NCBI GenBank assembly: GCA_963422375.2
Contig: OY729427.2
Location: 416,001-480,000, forward strand
DNA from: Bryobacterales bacterium
GTDB taxonomy: Bacteria > Acidobacteriota > Terriglobia > Bryobacterales > UBA6623
Direction: 5' to 3'
Length of the DNA stretch: 64,000 nt
Part shown: positions 33,291 to 43,782 of the stretch, piece after piece
Numbering within the stretch: the stretch's first letter is position 1
How the letters are laid out: every line of letters begins with the position of its first letter
Position numbers and translations under genes: made by a program
The notes under the pieces: generated by a model
Told to the model about the DNA's origin: nothing
Seen by the model: only the letters and a program-made list of their open reading frames with translations
Database searches by the model: none

Positions 33291-35780
33291 ATGCGCCTGT
33301 CAGTCCTCCTGCTGAGCGCGCTGCCCGTCTTCGGCGGGGTGCCGGTGCCCGAGCAGCACTTCGGCCACGCGATGGGGGCGGACCGCGAGCTCGTGGCCTG
33401 GGCCGACGTGGTCAGCTACTTCCGCGCGCTGGACGCAGCCAGCCAGTCGGTGCAGGTCGAGACCCTAGGCCTGACGACCGAGGGCAGGGAGATGATCGTC
33501 GCCGTGATCGCCGCCCCTGAGACCATCCGGGATCTGGAGCGGTACAAGGGGATTCTCGGACGACTGGCCGACCCGCGGTCGACCTCCTCGCAGACAGCGG
33601 ACCATCTGTCCGCAACCGGCAAGCCCGCCATCGCGATCACCTGCTCGATCCATTCCACCGAAGTTGCCTCGACGATGACGGCCGTGCAGTTCGCGCACGA
33701 CCTGCTGGTCGAGGACACCCCCCGGCACAGGGAGATCCTCGCGGGCACGATCCTACTGCTGGTGCCGTCGCTGAATCCCGACGGCGTGGACAAGGTGCGG
33801 CACTGGTACAACCGCTGGCTCGACACGCCGCACGAGGGGGCTCCGATGACGGAGCTCTACCACAAGTACGTAGGGCACGACAACAACCGGGACTGGTACA
33901 TCTTCAGCCAGAAGGAAACCCGCCTGGTGGTCGAGAGGCTGCACAACGGCTGGCATCCGCAGATCGTCTACGACGTGCATCAGATGGGCCGCAACGGAGC
34001 GCGGATCTTCGTGCCTCCCTGGATCGATCCGGTCGACCCCAACATCGACCCCCTCATCACCCAGCAGGTCAACGCCTTCGGCACGGCGATGGCCGTGGAT
34101 CTCACCGCCGCGGGCAAGCGGGGAGTTCTCATCCACGGGATCTATGACTACTACTCCCCGGCCAGGCACTACCAGAGCTATCACGGCGCGCTGCGCCTCC
34201 TCAGCGAATCGGCCAGCGCGAGGCTCGCGTCCCCGGTCAGGCTCGCGCCGGAGGATCTGGACCGCGACGCTCGAGGCTACGACTCGCTGGCGAGCAGCTG
34301 GAACTTCCTCGAGCCTTGGGAGGGCGGCGAGTGGCGAGTGGGCGACATCGTCGAGAACCAGCTCATCACGTTCGAGTCGGTCCTGTATTCGGCGGCCTTG
34401 CGCCGGCGCGGTCTCCTGCGGAACTTCTACGAAATCGGGCGGCGAGTGATCGAGCGCGGCAAGGGCCGGGCGTTCGTCGTGCCGGCCGGCCAGCACGACC
34501 CGGGCGCGGCCGCGCGCCTCCTGCGGACCCTGCGTTTCGGGGGCGTGGAAATCGAGCGCGTGACCGAAGTGCTGGAACCCTCCGAGCCCCCGGTAGGCGA
34601 AGGCGACTACCTCGTGCGGCTCGCGCAGCCGTACGGCGGATTCGCGAATACGCTGCTCGAGCGCCAGGACTACCCGGACCTACGCGCCTTCCCGGGCGGC
34701 CCGCCCCGGCGCCCGTACGACGCGACGGCCCACTCGCTCCCTCTGCTGATGGGCGTGACAGCGTTTCCTGTCGAGGGGGAACTGCATGTCCGGGCCGAGC
34801 GCGCCGACCACGTACGGCCGGCCGGCGGGCAGATCGACGAGGCGGACGACCTGATGCTCTCGCCGGCGTCCGGGGCGAGCTGGATCGCGGTCAACCGATT
34901 TCTGTCAGCGGGCGTGCCGGTGCATCGGCGCCGATCGGACGGAACGTTCCTCGTCCGGGCGGCTGCGGCGACCAGGCCTCGGCTGGAGTCCGTGTCGGAG
35001 GAGTTCGGGCTCGAGTTCGCGGCAGCGGACACCTCGGTCGCCGAGCATCCGGCGATGAGGCTGCCCCGTGTCGCGATCTACGCGGGACACGTCCCCTGCA
35101 TGGACGAGGGCTGGACGCGCTGGCTATTCGACCGCTACGAGATGCCGTACGAATCAGTTGGGAACGAAGAGATCGCAGCAGGCCTGTCCGGCCGGGCGGA
35201 CGTGCTGATCCTCCCGGACGCTTCCCCGGAAACCTTGGAGAGGGGCTTCGCCGCCGGGAGCGGCGACCAGTCTCTCGTGCCCCCGGACTACCGCGGCGGC
35301 CTCGGCGAAACGGGCGTCGCCGCACTCCTAGACTTCGCCAGGTCGGGGGGCACCGTTCTCGCGTTCAACCGCGCTGCGGCGTTTGCCGCGGAGCGCATGA
35401 ACCTGCCGGTCGAGAACGCCGTGCGCGGGCTCCGCAAGGAGCGCTTCTACGGTCCGGGGACGCTGGTCCACGTGGAGGCCGACCTTACCCACCCTGCCTG
35501 CTTCGGAATGCGGCCGCGGGAAGCCGCATGGTTCGAGTCCGGGCCCGTCTTCCGCACGCGCCGGTCGGCCGGGACCGCGGTGCGGGCGGTCCTGCGGTAT
35601 CCCCAGCGCGAGGTGCTAGCATCGGGGTGGCTCCTAGGGGAGAGCTATCTGGCGAACCGGGCCGCCGTGGCCGAAGTGTCGGTGGGCCGCGGCCGGGTGC
35701 TGCTTTTCGGCATCCGCCCGCAATACCGCGGGCAGTCCGAAGCGACATTCAAGATGGTATTCAACGGCCTGCACCTCTGA
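33291..35780 (+). CDS. secreted M14 zinc carboxypeptidase-family protein
   Basis: Signal peptide; HSTE, NPDG, DNNRD, DVHQM; C-terminal GATase-like domain. Confidence 0.88.
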   Translation: MRLSVLLLSALPVFGGVPVPEQHFGHAMGADRELVAWADVVSYFRALDAASQSVQVETLGLTTEGREMIVAVIAAPETIRDLERYKGILGRLADPRSTSSQTADHLSATGKPAIAITCSIHSTEVASTMTAVQFAHDLLVEDTPRHREILAGTILLLVPSLNPDGVDKVRHWYNRWLDTPHEGAPMTELYHKYVGHDNNRDWYIFSQKETRLVVERLHNGWHPQIVYDVHQMGRNGARIFVPPWIDPVDPNIDPLITQQVNAFGTAMAVDLTAAGKRGVLIHGIYDYYSPARHYQSYHGALRLLSESASARLASPVRLAPEDLDRDARGYDSLASSWNFLEPWEGGEWRVGDIVENQLITFESVLYSAALRRRGLLRNFYEIGRRVIERGKGRAFVVPAGQHDPGAAARLLRTLRFGGVEIERVTEVLEPSEPPVGEGDYLVRLAQPYGGFANTLLERQDYPDLRAFPGGPPRRPYDATAHSLPLLMGVTAFPVEGELHVRAERADHVRPAGGQIDEADDLMLSPASGASWIAVNRFLSAGVPVHRRRSDGTFLVRAAAATRPRLESVSEEFGLEFAAADTSVAEHPAMRLPRVAIYAGHVPCMDEGWTRWLFDRYEMPYESVGNEEIAAGLSGRADVLILPDASPETLERGFAAGSGDQSLVPPDYRGGLGETGVAALLDFARSGGTVLAFNRAAAFAAERMNLPVENAVRGLRKERFYGPGTLVHVEADLTHPACFGMRPREAAWFESGPVFRTRRSAGTAVRAVLRYPQREVLASGWLLGESYLANRAAVAEVSVGRGRVLLFGIRPQYRGQSEATFKMVFNGLHL

Positions 35781-35810
35781 GAAGCCGAGGTGCCCGGCGG
35801 CGGGTGCGAC

Positions 35811-36497
35811 GTGAACTACTTCAACTACTTCACGGAGGTCGAAGACCGTTTCCGGCAGGCGCGCAACAGCGGCATGTTCATGATGTCGCCCCTCGACTGG
35901 GCGCTGGTCGAATCGTGGAAGGACGCAGGGGTGCCCTTGGAGGCGGTGCTGAAGGGAATCGACCGCGCCTTCGAGAAATACCACGCGAGAAGGCGACGAT
36001 ACTCCAGAGTCAACTCCGTGGCGTATTGCGCCCAGGAGGTCATGGGCGCGGCCAAGGAGTCCGGGCGGGTCGCCCGGATCGCCGCTCAAGCGATCCCTCC
36101 CGGTTTCGACGGGGCCGAGCTAGAGAGCTTCTTCCGCAAGCGCGCCGAGCAGCTTTTCGGGCTGGCGGCAGCGCGGCCATCGGAGGCCACGATCCTAGAG
36201 GAAACGGCGTCCGCGCTGGAGAGCATGGCGGAAGCCGCCGCTTCCGGCACACTGGGGGATCTAGAGGAGGTCGAGCAGCGACTTAGCGCGTTCGAAGACC
36301 GCGTGCTCGGCATGGCGACGAGCGCGCTGAGCGCCGAGCAGATCTTGGCGGCGCGGCGCGAGATGGAGACGAAGATCAAGCCGTATCGGCGGAAGATGAC
36401 GGCGGAGCACATCGCCATGCTCGAGCAGAAATACCTACGCCGCCGTGCGCTGGAGGAATTCGGCCTGTCGCGACTGAGTCTGTTCTACGCAGAATAG
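35811..36497 (+). CDS. hypothetical protein
   Basis: Strongly gene-like ORF (NYFNYFTEVE...SPLDWALVESW); start at GTG 35811 or 35790. Confidence 0.75.
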   Translation: MNYFNYFTEVEDRFRQARNSGMFMMSPLDWALVESWKDAGVPLEAVLKGIDRAFEKYHARRRRYSRVNSVAYCAQEVMGAAKESGRVARIAAQAIPPGFDGAELESFFRKRAEQLFGLAAARPSEATILEETASALESMAEAAASGTLGDLEEVEQRLSAFEDRVLGMATSALSAEQILAARREMETKIKPYRRKMTAEHIAMLEQKYLRRRALEEFGLSRLSLFYAE

Positions 36498-37243
36498 AGC
36501 CTGTCGCAGCGCCGCAAACGTGCCTCGAGGCCGCGGCGCCCCCGTCGGGCCAACCGCGCCGTGCAGGCTGCGTTGCCTGGGCCACCGAATCCCCTTCCCG
36601 AGGGGTGTTCGCTCCACCGGGCACCGTGGCCCGGCGTTGCCCGTCGCGACGGCGCCACCTTGCCTGCGGCTGGGCTCTCTTGGTCCTCGCCGTCCTCCGG
36701 AAACGCCCCGCGCCGGAGAGTCGCGCGTTCCTCCAATGTCACGTGCCGGACGGCAGACCGCGCGACACTCCATGGGTGGAGTGCGCACGGGCGATGCCCT
36801 AGCGTCCGATTGAGTCAGGCCCGCCGCGGGCTGCGGTCACTCTGTGACCTGCGCTGCGGCACCCGCATCCGGCGAGTCCTTCTTCCGCCGCCCGCAGGAA
36901 GCGCCGAAGCGCTCTTCGTCCCTGGGAATCCGACGCCGGTCCGTCCGGCGGAAAGTCGGCCCCGGGGGAGATCCTCGCCAAGATCCGCCGGGCGCGGGAA
37001 GCCCAAGAATCGGGCGGGCGAAGTCATGCGTTTCATCGACGCAGGGCACCGGGTTGCAGGCACGCTTCGTGGCGCGGCTAGGCCGGAGCGGTCAAGCGCC
37101 CTGCCTGACCCGCGCGCCCGCCGCCGACAACGGCAAGGTTCGGGGACGCCTCGGCCGCAGCCGACGGCCACTGGCCCCGGGGGGCGACGAGCCCAGCAGC
37201 GCTAGCCGACCCGCCGTCTCCCCGCACTCCCATAATGAGTAGA

Positions 37244-38095
37244 GTGCTGCACGACATCGCGCTCTTCAACGGCCGGTTGGTTTCCTGTCGCGAGCCGATC
37301 CTGGCGCTCGGTCATGCCGGCGTCTTCACCGGCTGGGGTGTCTTCACCACGCTGAGGGTCTACGACAGCGTTCCGTTCGCGTTCGAACGGCATTGGGACC
37401 GGCTTGCACGCGACGCGGGCCAGCTGAACGTTGAAATGCCTCCCGACCGCGACGAGCTGCGATTCCGGCTGATCGAGCTGGTCAAGCGCAACCAATGCCG
37501 GGAAGCGCGCATGCGCCTCAACATCGTGCGGGCCGCCCCGGGCCTCTGGACGCCTCCGCGCCAAGGGCAGCAGTCGGATGTAGTGGCGTTCACCGCGGCT
37601 CTGACGCCCGGACCGGAGACGGCGGCCCTGACGCTGCAAGCGGACGGCCGCCACGCACGCACGCCATTCGCCGGCACCAAGACTCTGTCGTGGGCGCACA
37701 ACCTGACGCTATACGAGAACGCCGCGCGCGCGGGCTACGCGGACGCTTTGCTCCTGAACGAACTGGGTGAGGTTTCCGAATGCACGTCCGCGAACGTATT
37801 TGCGGTCAAGGACGGCGTCACTCTGACGCCGCCGCTGTCCAGCGGGGCGCTCCCGGGCGTGACGCGCGAGGTGATGCTGGGCGAGCTGGACGATGCCGTC
37901 CGGGAGAGCATATTGCGTACCGGGGACATCCACGAGGCCGACGAGGTGTTCATCACCTCCTCCACTCGCGAGCTGGTGCCGGTCGACCGGCTCGACCAAC
38001 GGCCGCTGGGCAGCGGGACCTGGCCGGTCATGGAGCGTCTGCGCGTCCGGCTGCGCGAGTACATCCGCGCCTACGTCGAGTCGGCGCGCGCCTAG
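37244..38095 (+). CDS. aminotransferase class IV (IlvE/PabC-like)
   Basis: GVFTTLRV, catalytic K in GTKTLS, ECTSANVF, LPGVTR, TSS. Confidence 0.9.
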   Translation: MLHDIALFNGRLVSCREPILALGHAGVFTGWGVFTTLRVYDSVPFAFERHWDRLARDAGQLNVEMPPDRDELRFRLIELVKRNQCREARMRLNIVRAAPGLWTPPRQGQQSDVVAFTAALTPGPETAALTLQADGRHARTPFAGTKTLSWAHNLTLYENAARAGYADALLLNELGEVSECTSANVFAVKDGVTLTPPLSSGALPGVTREVMLGELDDAVRESILRTGDIHEADEVFITSSTRELVPVDRLDQRPLGSGTWPVMERLRVRLREYIRAYVESARA

Positions 38096-38988
38096 TTGGG
38101 CGCCGGCAGGAGCCCGTGCTTGCCGAGGAAGGCACGAATCGCGGAGTCAATCCTCGCGACCTCGTCCTGCGAGAAGCCTCCGTGCCCTCCGCCCGGAATC
38201 GTCAGCAACTCGTGCTCGGCTCCCGCCGCGTCCAGGCGCCTGTGCAGCTCGGTCGCGTGGGAGTACGGCACGACCCTGTCGGCGGCGCCGTGAATCGTGA
38301 GGATCGGCGGGATGCCCTTGCGCACGTGGTGGATTGGCGAAACGGAGCGCGCGATGTCCTCGCGGTCCGTCTGGCTTCCCAGCCACGAGACGGTGTAACT
38401 CTTCTCGTTCGGCTTGCCGGCCATCAGGTCGGCTACGTCGGTGATGCCGTAGTAGTTGACCACGGCCGCCACCTTGGGCTGCACTCCGGAAATGCACTCG
38501 GCGTCGAAGCCGGCCGAGACAGGGAGGATCCCGGTCGCGAGCGAGAGGTGGCCCCCGGCGGAGCGGCCTGTCACAACAAGCTTGTCCGTGTCGAATCCGT
38601 AGGTGTCCGCGTTCCGGATCACCCAGCGCAGCGCGCAGCGGCAGTCCTCGACTGCCGCCGGAGCGCGGGCCACGCGCCCGAGCCTGTACGCGACGTTGAC
38701 CACGTTGAAACCCATCTCCAAGTACGGCGCGATCCTGAGAATGCTGCCTTCCTTGGATCCGCCGACCCAGCCCCCGCCGTGGATGTAGATCGCGGTGGGA
38801 CGGGGGAAGGAACTGCCGCGCACGGTGTAGACGTCGAGCTTCTGCTCGGCGTTGCTGGCGACCTTGTAGGTGATGTCGGGCCTCACGCGGTACTTGTTGC
38901 CCACCCAGGCGGCGAACGAGCTCGCTTCGCTCGCCAAGGCCGGGGCGACCGCTAGGAGCGCGAGCAGGACGAGAGCGGTTGGATTCAC
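38092..38988 (-). CDS. secreted alpha/beta hydrolase (esterase)
   Basis: HGGGW, GRSAGG, HGAAD, GGGHG; signal peptide from GTG 38988. Confidence 0.9.
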   Translation of the reverse strand: MNPTALVLLALLAVAPALASEASSFAAWVGNKYRVRPDITYKVASNAEQKLDVYTVRGSSFPRPTAIYIHGGGWVGGSKEGSILRIAPYLEMGFNVVNVAYRLGRVARAPAAVEDCRCALRWVIRNADTYGFDTDKLVVTGRSAGGHLSLATGILPVSAGFDAECISGVQPKVAAVVNYYGITDVADLMAGKPNEKSYTVSWLGSQTDREDIARSVSPIHHVRKGIPPILTIHGAADRVVPYSHATELHRRLDAAGAEHELLTIPGGGHGGFSQDEVARIDSAIRAFLGKHGLLPAPN

Positions 38989-39040
38989 GGTATGACTCCC
39001 TTCGATGGCCTGACGAGGCACCGAATGGTACGGTGTGGGC

Positions 39041-40120
39041 TTGAAGCCGGGGGACCTCATCAGGCAGCTCAGGAAAGGTGGCAAGCCCGCTCCGGGCTAC
39101 CTCTTCCTAGGCGCGGAGCCATTCTATCGCGAACGCTGCCGCCAGACCGTGCGGAAGGCAGCCCTCGGCCCGCAGCCGGACGAGACGGCAATCGAGGAGA
39201 TCGATCTGGCGGAGCAGCGCCTGACCGCGCTCGTCGAGGCGGCGCGCACGCTGTCGCTGTTCAGCAGCGAGCGCGTCGTCATCGGGCGGAACGCCGAGCA
39301 GGCCGTGCCCAAGGTCGGCAGCGAGGCGGCCCGGCTCGATAAGCGGGCCCTCGCCGACTACTTCGCGGACCCTACGCCCGGCACCGTCGTGCTGATCGAG
39401 GCCGTGAAGCACGACTCGCGGGAGCGCGGCGACAGGGAGAAGCTCTCGCGGGCGGCCAAGTTCTACGGAGCCGTTCCCGTGTGCGTCGAACTGGAAGCCC
39501 TGTCTGTCGAGGAGGCGCGATACGTGGCGAAAGTCCTGGCCGGCCGGATGGGCATCGACCTGCGCCCGGACGTCCTCGCCGAGATGGTCGACATGCTGGG
39601 CGCGGATGGGTTTCGCATCGAAAACGAACTGCAGAAGCTCTCGCTCTACATCGGCGGCAGCCGCCCGGTCACGCAGGAGGACCTGGACCTGCTCCTGCCC
39701 GAGGCGCGACAGAGCGGCGTGTTCGATTTCTCGCAGGCGCTGGCGGAACGCGACCGGACACGCGCCCTAGGGCTGCTCGACACGATGTCGCAGGCCGGGA
39801 TGTACTGGCCGATGCAGCTCAACCTGATCGCCGCCCTGTTCCGCCAGGCGCTCGCGGCGAAGGAACTGGGCCTGAGCGGCGCTCGCGACATCGGCGCGCG
39901 CCTAGGGGCCTTCGGCCTGCGAGTCTGGCCGGCCAGGGCCCGTCAGGTCGATGGGATCGTATCGCGTTTCCGGGAAGAGGAACTGCGCAAGGGGTTGGTC
40001 GCCGTGTTCGAAGCGGACCGCGACCTGCGATCCCCGCGCCCGGACGACCGGGTCGTAATGGAAATGCTCGTAATGAAGCTGACGAGCCGACCTGCGGGCG
40101 CTCCTACGCGGGAGCCTTAG
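39041..40120 (+). CDS. holA: DNA polymerase III delta subunit
   Basis: YLFLGAE, TLSLFS, ENELQKLSLY; convergent with rpsT as is usual. Confidence 0.88.
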   Translation: MKPGDLIRQLRKGGKPAPGYLFLGAEPFYRERCRQTVRKAALGPQPDETAIEEIDLAEQRLTALVEAARTLSLFSSERVVIGRNAEQAVPKVGSEAARLDKRALADYFADPTPGTVVLIEAVKHDSRERGDREKLSRAAKFYGAVPVCVELEALSVEEARYVAKVLAGRMGIDLRPDVLAEMVDMLGADGFRIENELQKLSLYIGGSRPVTQEDLDLLLPEARQSGVFDFSQALAERDRTRALGLLDTMSQAGMYWPMQLNLIAALFRQALAAKELGLSGARDIGARLGAFGLRVWPARARQVDGIVSRFREEELRKGLVAVFEADRDLRSPRPDDRVVMEMLVMKLTSRPAGAPTREP

Positions 40121-40379
40121 CCTGGGCCCCGTTGGCCGCGTGCGCAAGAGACGACTTGATGCGGGCCGCCTTGTTGCGGTGCAGGATCCCCTTCTGCACC
40201 GACTTGTCGACGTAGCTGACCGTCGGGCCGAGGAGCTCCGCCGTCCGGTCGGGGTCGTTCGCCGCCGCGGAGTGGAATCCCTTGAGCTTGGTTCGCAGGC
40301 GGGTCCGAGACGCCTTGTTGCGCGCGTAGCGCTTGGCGGTCTGCCGGATCCGCTTCATCGCTGACTTGTGGTTCGCCAT
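40104..40379 (-). CDS. rpsT: 30S ribosomal protein S20
   Basis: MANHKSAMKRIRQ...KGILHRNKAARIKS. Confidence 0.97.
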   Translation of the reverse strand: MANHKSAMKRIRQTAKRYARNKASRTRLRTKLKGFHSAAANDPDRTAELLGPTVSYVDKSVQKGILHRNKAARIKSSLAHAANGAQAKAPA

Positions 40380-40857
40380 ACGGTGCTATTACGAGCATAG
40401 CGCCATGCCGCGTGCGTGTCAATCCGCCTCGCGCCCGTACCGGTCCGGGGAGGCTCTCTCGGGGCCCGGTCGGGAACGCCGGAGGGTAGCCTCGTCGCGC
40501 ACGGTCCTGCCCGCTCCTCGTCAGCCCGTGCGCTTCGCGGAATACTGGCCGGTCCTCCGTCGCGGCGCGCCGGGCGCCGCCAGAGGCCGCTGACGACACT
40601 GACCTCGATGCGCCTCCCGGACGACGGGCGATCTAGAGCGCATCCCGAGCGGCAAGAGCCTGCGGCGGGCGGGCCCTGGACTGGCCGAAGTCGAGAGCGC
40701 CCGAGAGCGCTCGTCCGCGACGGCAGTCTCGTCGAGACCCGACCACTTCTCCACGCCGCCGACACCCGCGACGTCTCCCGAAGAGTCGGCAAGCGACCGG
40801 GTCTGGGTCATGCTGCGAATCGCGCCTGTCGAATCCGAGTTTCAAGAGCGAGACTTG

Positions 40858-41432
40858 ATGCAGACCGTGCGGCACTCGTGGACGGGCGAGAACGGCGAGA
40901 ACATGGTTCCCGTACGCATCCCGTGGACCAAGCCGACAAGCTACCTGTCCTTCCTCGCGGCACTTAACCTTCGAATGCCGGACGAGCATGCTGAGAACTG
41001 GCATCACAGCGTCCCCTTCTTCACGCCGGCCGACCATCCACAGATCATCAAGTTTCCGGTCCGGGAGGGTTGGTGTACACGACGTCGAGCCTAGGCAGCA
41101 AGGGCGTTCGCGACATGGCGCATGAGCTGGCGGACCGCGTGGTCGCGTCCGCGATCCAGCCCATCTGGGTGCCCGACCTCTACCGAGCAATCACCGACTT
41201 CGCTCTGATGGACATGGAATTCGGCAACTGCCCTCCCAAGCCGATGCTCGTCTGAGCTTGCACCATCAACCAGTGGCTCGACACTCCGGAACAGGTCGAA
41301 CCCTTGGTAGAGGAGTACCTCAGGCCGCTGCGCAGCCAGCTGTGGGCAGAGGAGAAGAGAAGCTTCGACAGTTGGATTCCTACGGTGGTCTGGGAGCCCC
41401 GAGCGTACAATCCACTCGCCGGCGAGCGCTAA
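40858..41432 (+). pseudogene. disrupted hypothetical gene directly upstream of the AbiEii-like gene (putative antitoxin)
   Basis: Gene-like frames joined by a frameshift near 41070-41090 and an in-frame TGA at 41253; TAA ends 2 nt before the next ATG. Confidence 0.5.
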
Positions 41433-41434
41433 GC

Positions 41435-42463
41435 ATGTTCGAGCGACGATTCTCAATCATAAACGAAGACGAGCGGTTGCACGAAGAAGTAATGCATGCC
41501 GTCGCTATCAGAATGAAAGGCACGAAGTACGTACCCAAAGGGGGCACGGCATTGGCCTTCGCTTGCGATCTGGATCGAAATTCTGCAGACATTGATCTTG
41601 ACGCGACCGAGCCGGCCTATATTTCAGGCCGCATTCGGAGGGGTCTGCATGATGCAGGCGTCGAGATGTCAGCATACATCGTCGCAAGGTAGGGTCTCAG
41701 TCGACAGCGATTCAAAGTAAACTATATAGATCCTAATGCAGGTAAGGACCGCCTAATGAACGTCGAAATGAGCTTTCGAACTGTTCCGAATGAAGAAGAA
41801 ATATCCGTGGTAAGGGAAATTGGGGCGTACGTGATCAAGTCCCTATTCAACCGGAAATTGAAGGCAGCGAACCAGCGTATCGCCGGACGACACCTCTACG
41901 ACTTGGCATTCATCCCGGACCAGTACGGCGACCTGCCGGCTCCGGGTCAGGTGGAACGCTGCGACGAGTTCACTCGTGACTACGAGAGGCTGGCGGATCG
42001 GTTCGACCAAGCGTTCCGTTCGGATCGCGCGCGCTCCTTCCTGTCCAGGGCCGAGGACCGAGCTCTGATGCTCCGAATTGCCATCGAACGGCAGCTGGCC
42101 AGGAGAGGCAGGGCAGTTCTGGACCGCGCGGCGCCGCGCGACCTGACCCTTGCGCAGGCCCTCGCGATGCACCACCGCTGGCTGGAGTCGTCCGGCGCTG
42201 AGGGCCGCAGGGCGGACCTGACAGGATTCGAGTTCACGGGCATGGTCCTTTGCGGCCTGGCGTTCAGGACTGCGGTGCTCCGAGGCGCCGACTTCGCGGG
42301 CGCAGTCTTGAGAAATGCGGACCTCCGCGAGACCGACTTGCGCGACGCAATCTTCGACGGCACGACCATGCTCGGCACGGACCTGCTGGGGACATCGCTG
42401 ACGACGGCATTCTTCGGCCCGACCACCAAGGGAGTTGCGGGAGCACTCGAGTCCGTCCCCTAG
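41435..42463 (+). pseudogene. AbiEii-family nucleotidyltransferase fused to pentapeptide repeats, with premature TAG
   Basis: KGGTALAF..DLDRNSADIDLD; K..AANQR...RHLYDL; C-terminal A(D/V)LxX repeats; one in-frame TAG at 41690-41692. Confidence 0.78.
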
Positions 42464-42795
42464 CAACCAAGCACGTCGCGGCCGCGCGCGGCAGAGGCGC
42501 GAGCGGCCGAGATCCGTCGAATCCGACCTAGAACTGTCTGATGAGCGCAGGCAACGACCGCCGTTGCGGACGGACCGCCCGAAGTTCGCGGCAAGCGATC
42601 TGGCCCCCTCTTCGGACCATCTCGGACGCCGGCAGGCATCGTCGGCAGTTGCCCGCTTGGTCTCCGGTCGGACTCGGACTGGAAGAAGGTCGCGATCTCG
42701 CCGACGGCTGGCGCGGCCAACGAACAGCCTCGGCGGCGGCGGGACCTGTCCCGATGTCGACTCGCGGGTCGCGAACGAAGTAATCTTTACGTCAC

Positions 42796-43782
42796 ATGGC
42801 TCAGCTATCGGCCCGGCGCAAGCAGCAGATCGTCGGCATCCTCGCGGCGAACTTCTGCTTGGTTGCGACGTTGGTCGCCGTGATCGTCGGAGCCTCCCTC
42901 CTGTCGGCGGTCACGGAGGACCGCCTCGTGCTCAGCACGGTTCCCCTGCTCGCCGCCTCTCTCGCGGTGACCGGCCTCGCCATCGCCCTGCACCCGCAAG
43001 TGAGCATGAATGCGCTGGGCCTAGGACTCTCGTCCGGCACCGGCTTGGCGTGGGGGGCGCTAGCGGGCGCGGCCGCAGCAGCAATGCTGTCCGTGTCCGC
43101 GATCATAGCTGGACAGGCCGCCTGGGTGCCGTGGGATCCGGGGCAGGTCCGTTTCGACTGGACCCAGACGCCCTTGCTGGGCGTTGCCCTGCTCGCGGTC
43201 GGAGCCACCGGCGAGGAACTGTTCATGCGGGGCCCCCTGCTGCTGTTCCTGGCCCGGGCGGTCGGGCCGGCCGGGGGAGTCGCCCTGACCTCTCTGGCCT
43301 TCGCGCTGCTGCACGGCGCCAATCCCGGCGTGACCCATCTCGCGCAGCTCAACACCGCGCTCTTCGGGGCGGTCTTCGGGCTTGCGGTCGTGCGCCGGCG
43401 GTCCCTCTGGCTGGCAGTGGGGCTGCACTTCGGCTGGAACGCCGGCCAGGTTGCCTTGGGCGGGAACAACTCCGGGATTACAATTAGGCTGACAGGGCTG
43501 AACTTGGACCTTCATGGTGCAGAATGGCTGACGGGAGGTGACTATGGCTTGGAAGGCGGGGCACTGGCGACCTGCGGAGCGCTCCTGCTCGCCACAGCGG
43601 TCTGGTGCCTGCCAGGCCCGCGGACCGCGGAACCACCGTACGGGCAGGCCCCCGAAGCGGCCAAGGGCCAGGACGGGATGGTGGAGGCCGCGTTCGTTTC
43701 GGGCTTGCTTGGTGGCGTTGCTCGCACTGGCGGTGACAGCCCACGCCAAGACCGAGAGGCTGACGGCGGATCAGCGAGCTGA
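42796..43782 (+). CDS. CPBP (CAAX/Abi) intramembrane metalloprotease
   Basis: EELFMRG, FALLH, HFGWN; multiple TM segments. Confidence 0.9.
   Translation: MAQLSARRKQQIVGILAANFCLVATLVAVIVGASLLSAVTEDRLVLSTVPLLAASLAVTGLAIALHPQVSMNALGLGLSSGTGLAWGALAGAAAAAMLSVSAIIAGQAAWVPWDPGQVRFDWTQTPLLGVALLAVGATGEELFMRGPLLLFLARAVGPAGGVALTSLAFALLHGANPGVTHLAQLNTALFGAVFGLAVVRRRSLWLAVGLHFGWNAGQVALGGNNSGITIRLTGLNLDLHGAEWLTGGDYGLEGGALATCGALLLATAVWCLPGPRTAEPPYGQAPEAAKGQDGMVEAAFVSGLLGGVARTGGDSPRQDREADGGSAS

Noticed and set aside
41253..41692. Stop-codon recoding (TGA/TAG readthrough)
   Set aside because: TAG and TGA are normal stops for many genes here, and the same locus also has a frameshift, so simple decay is more likely.
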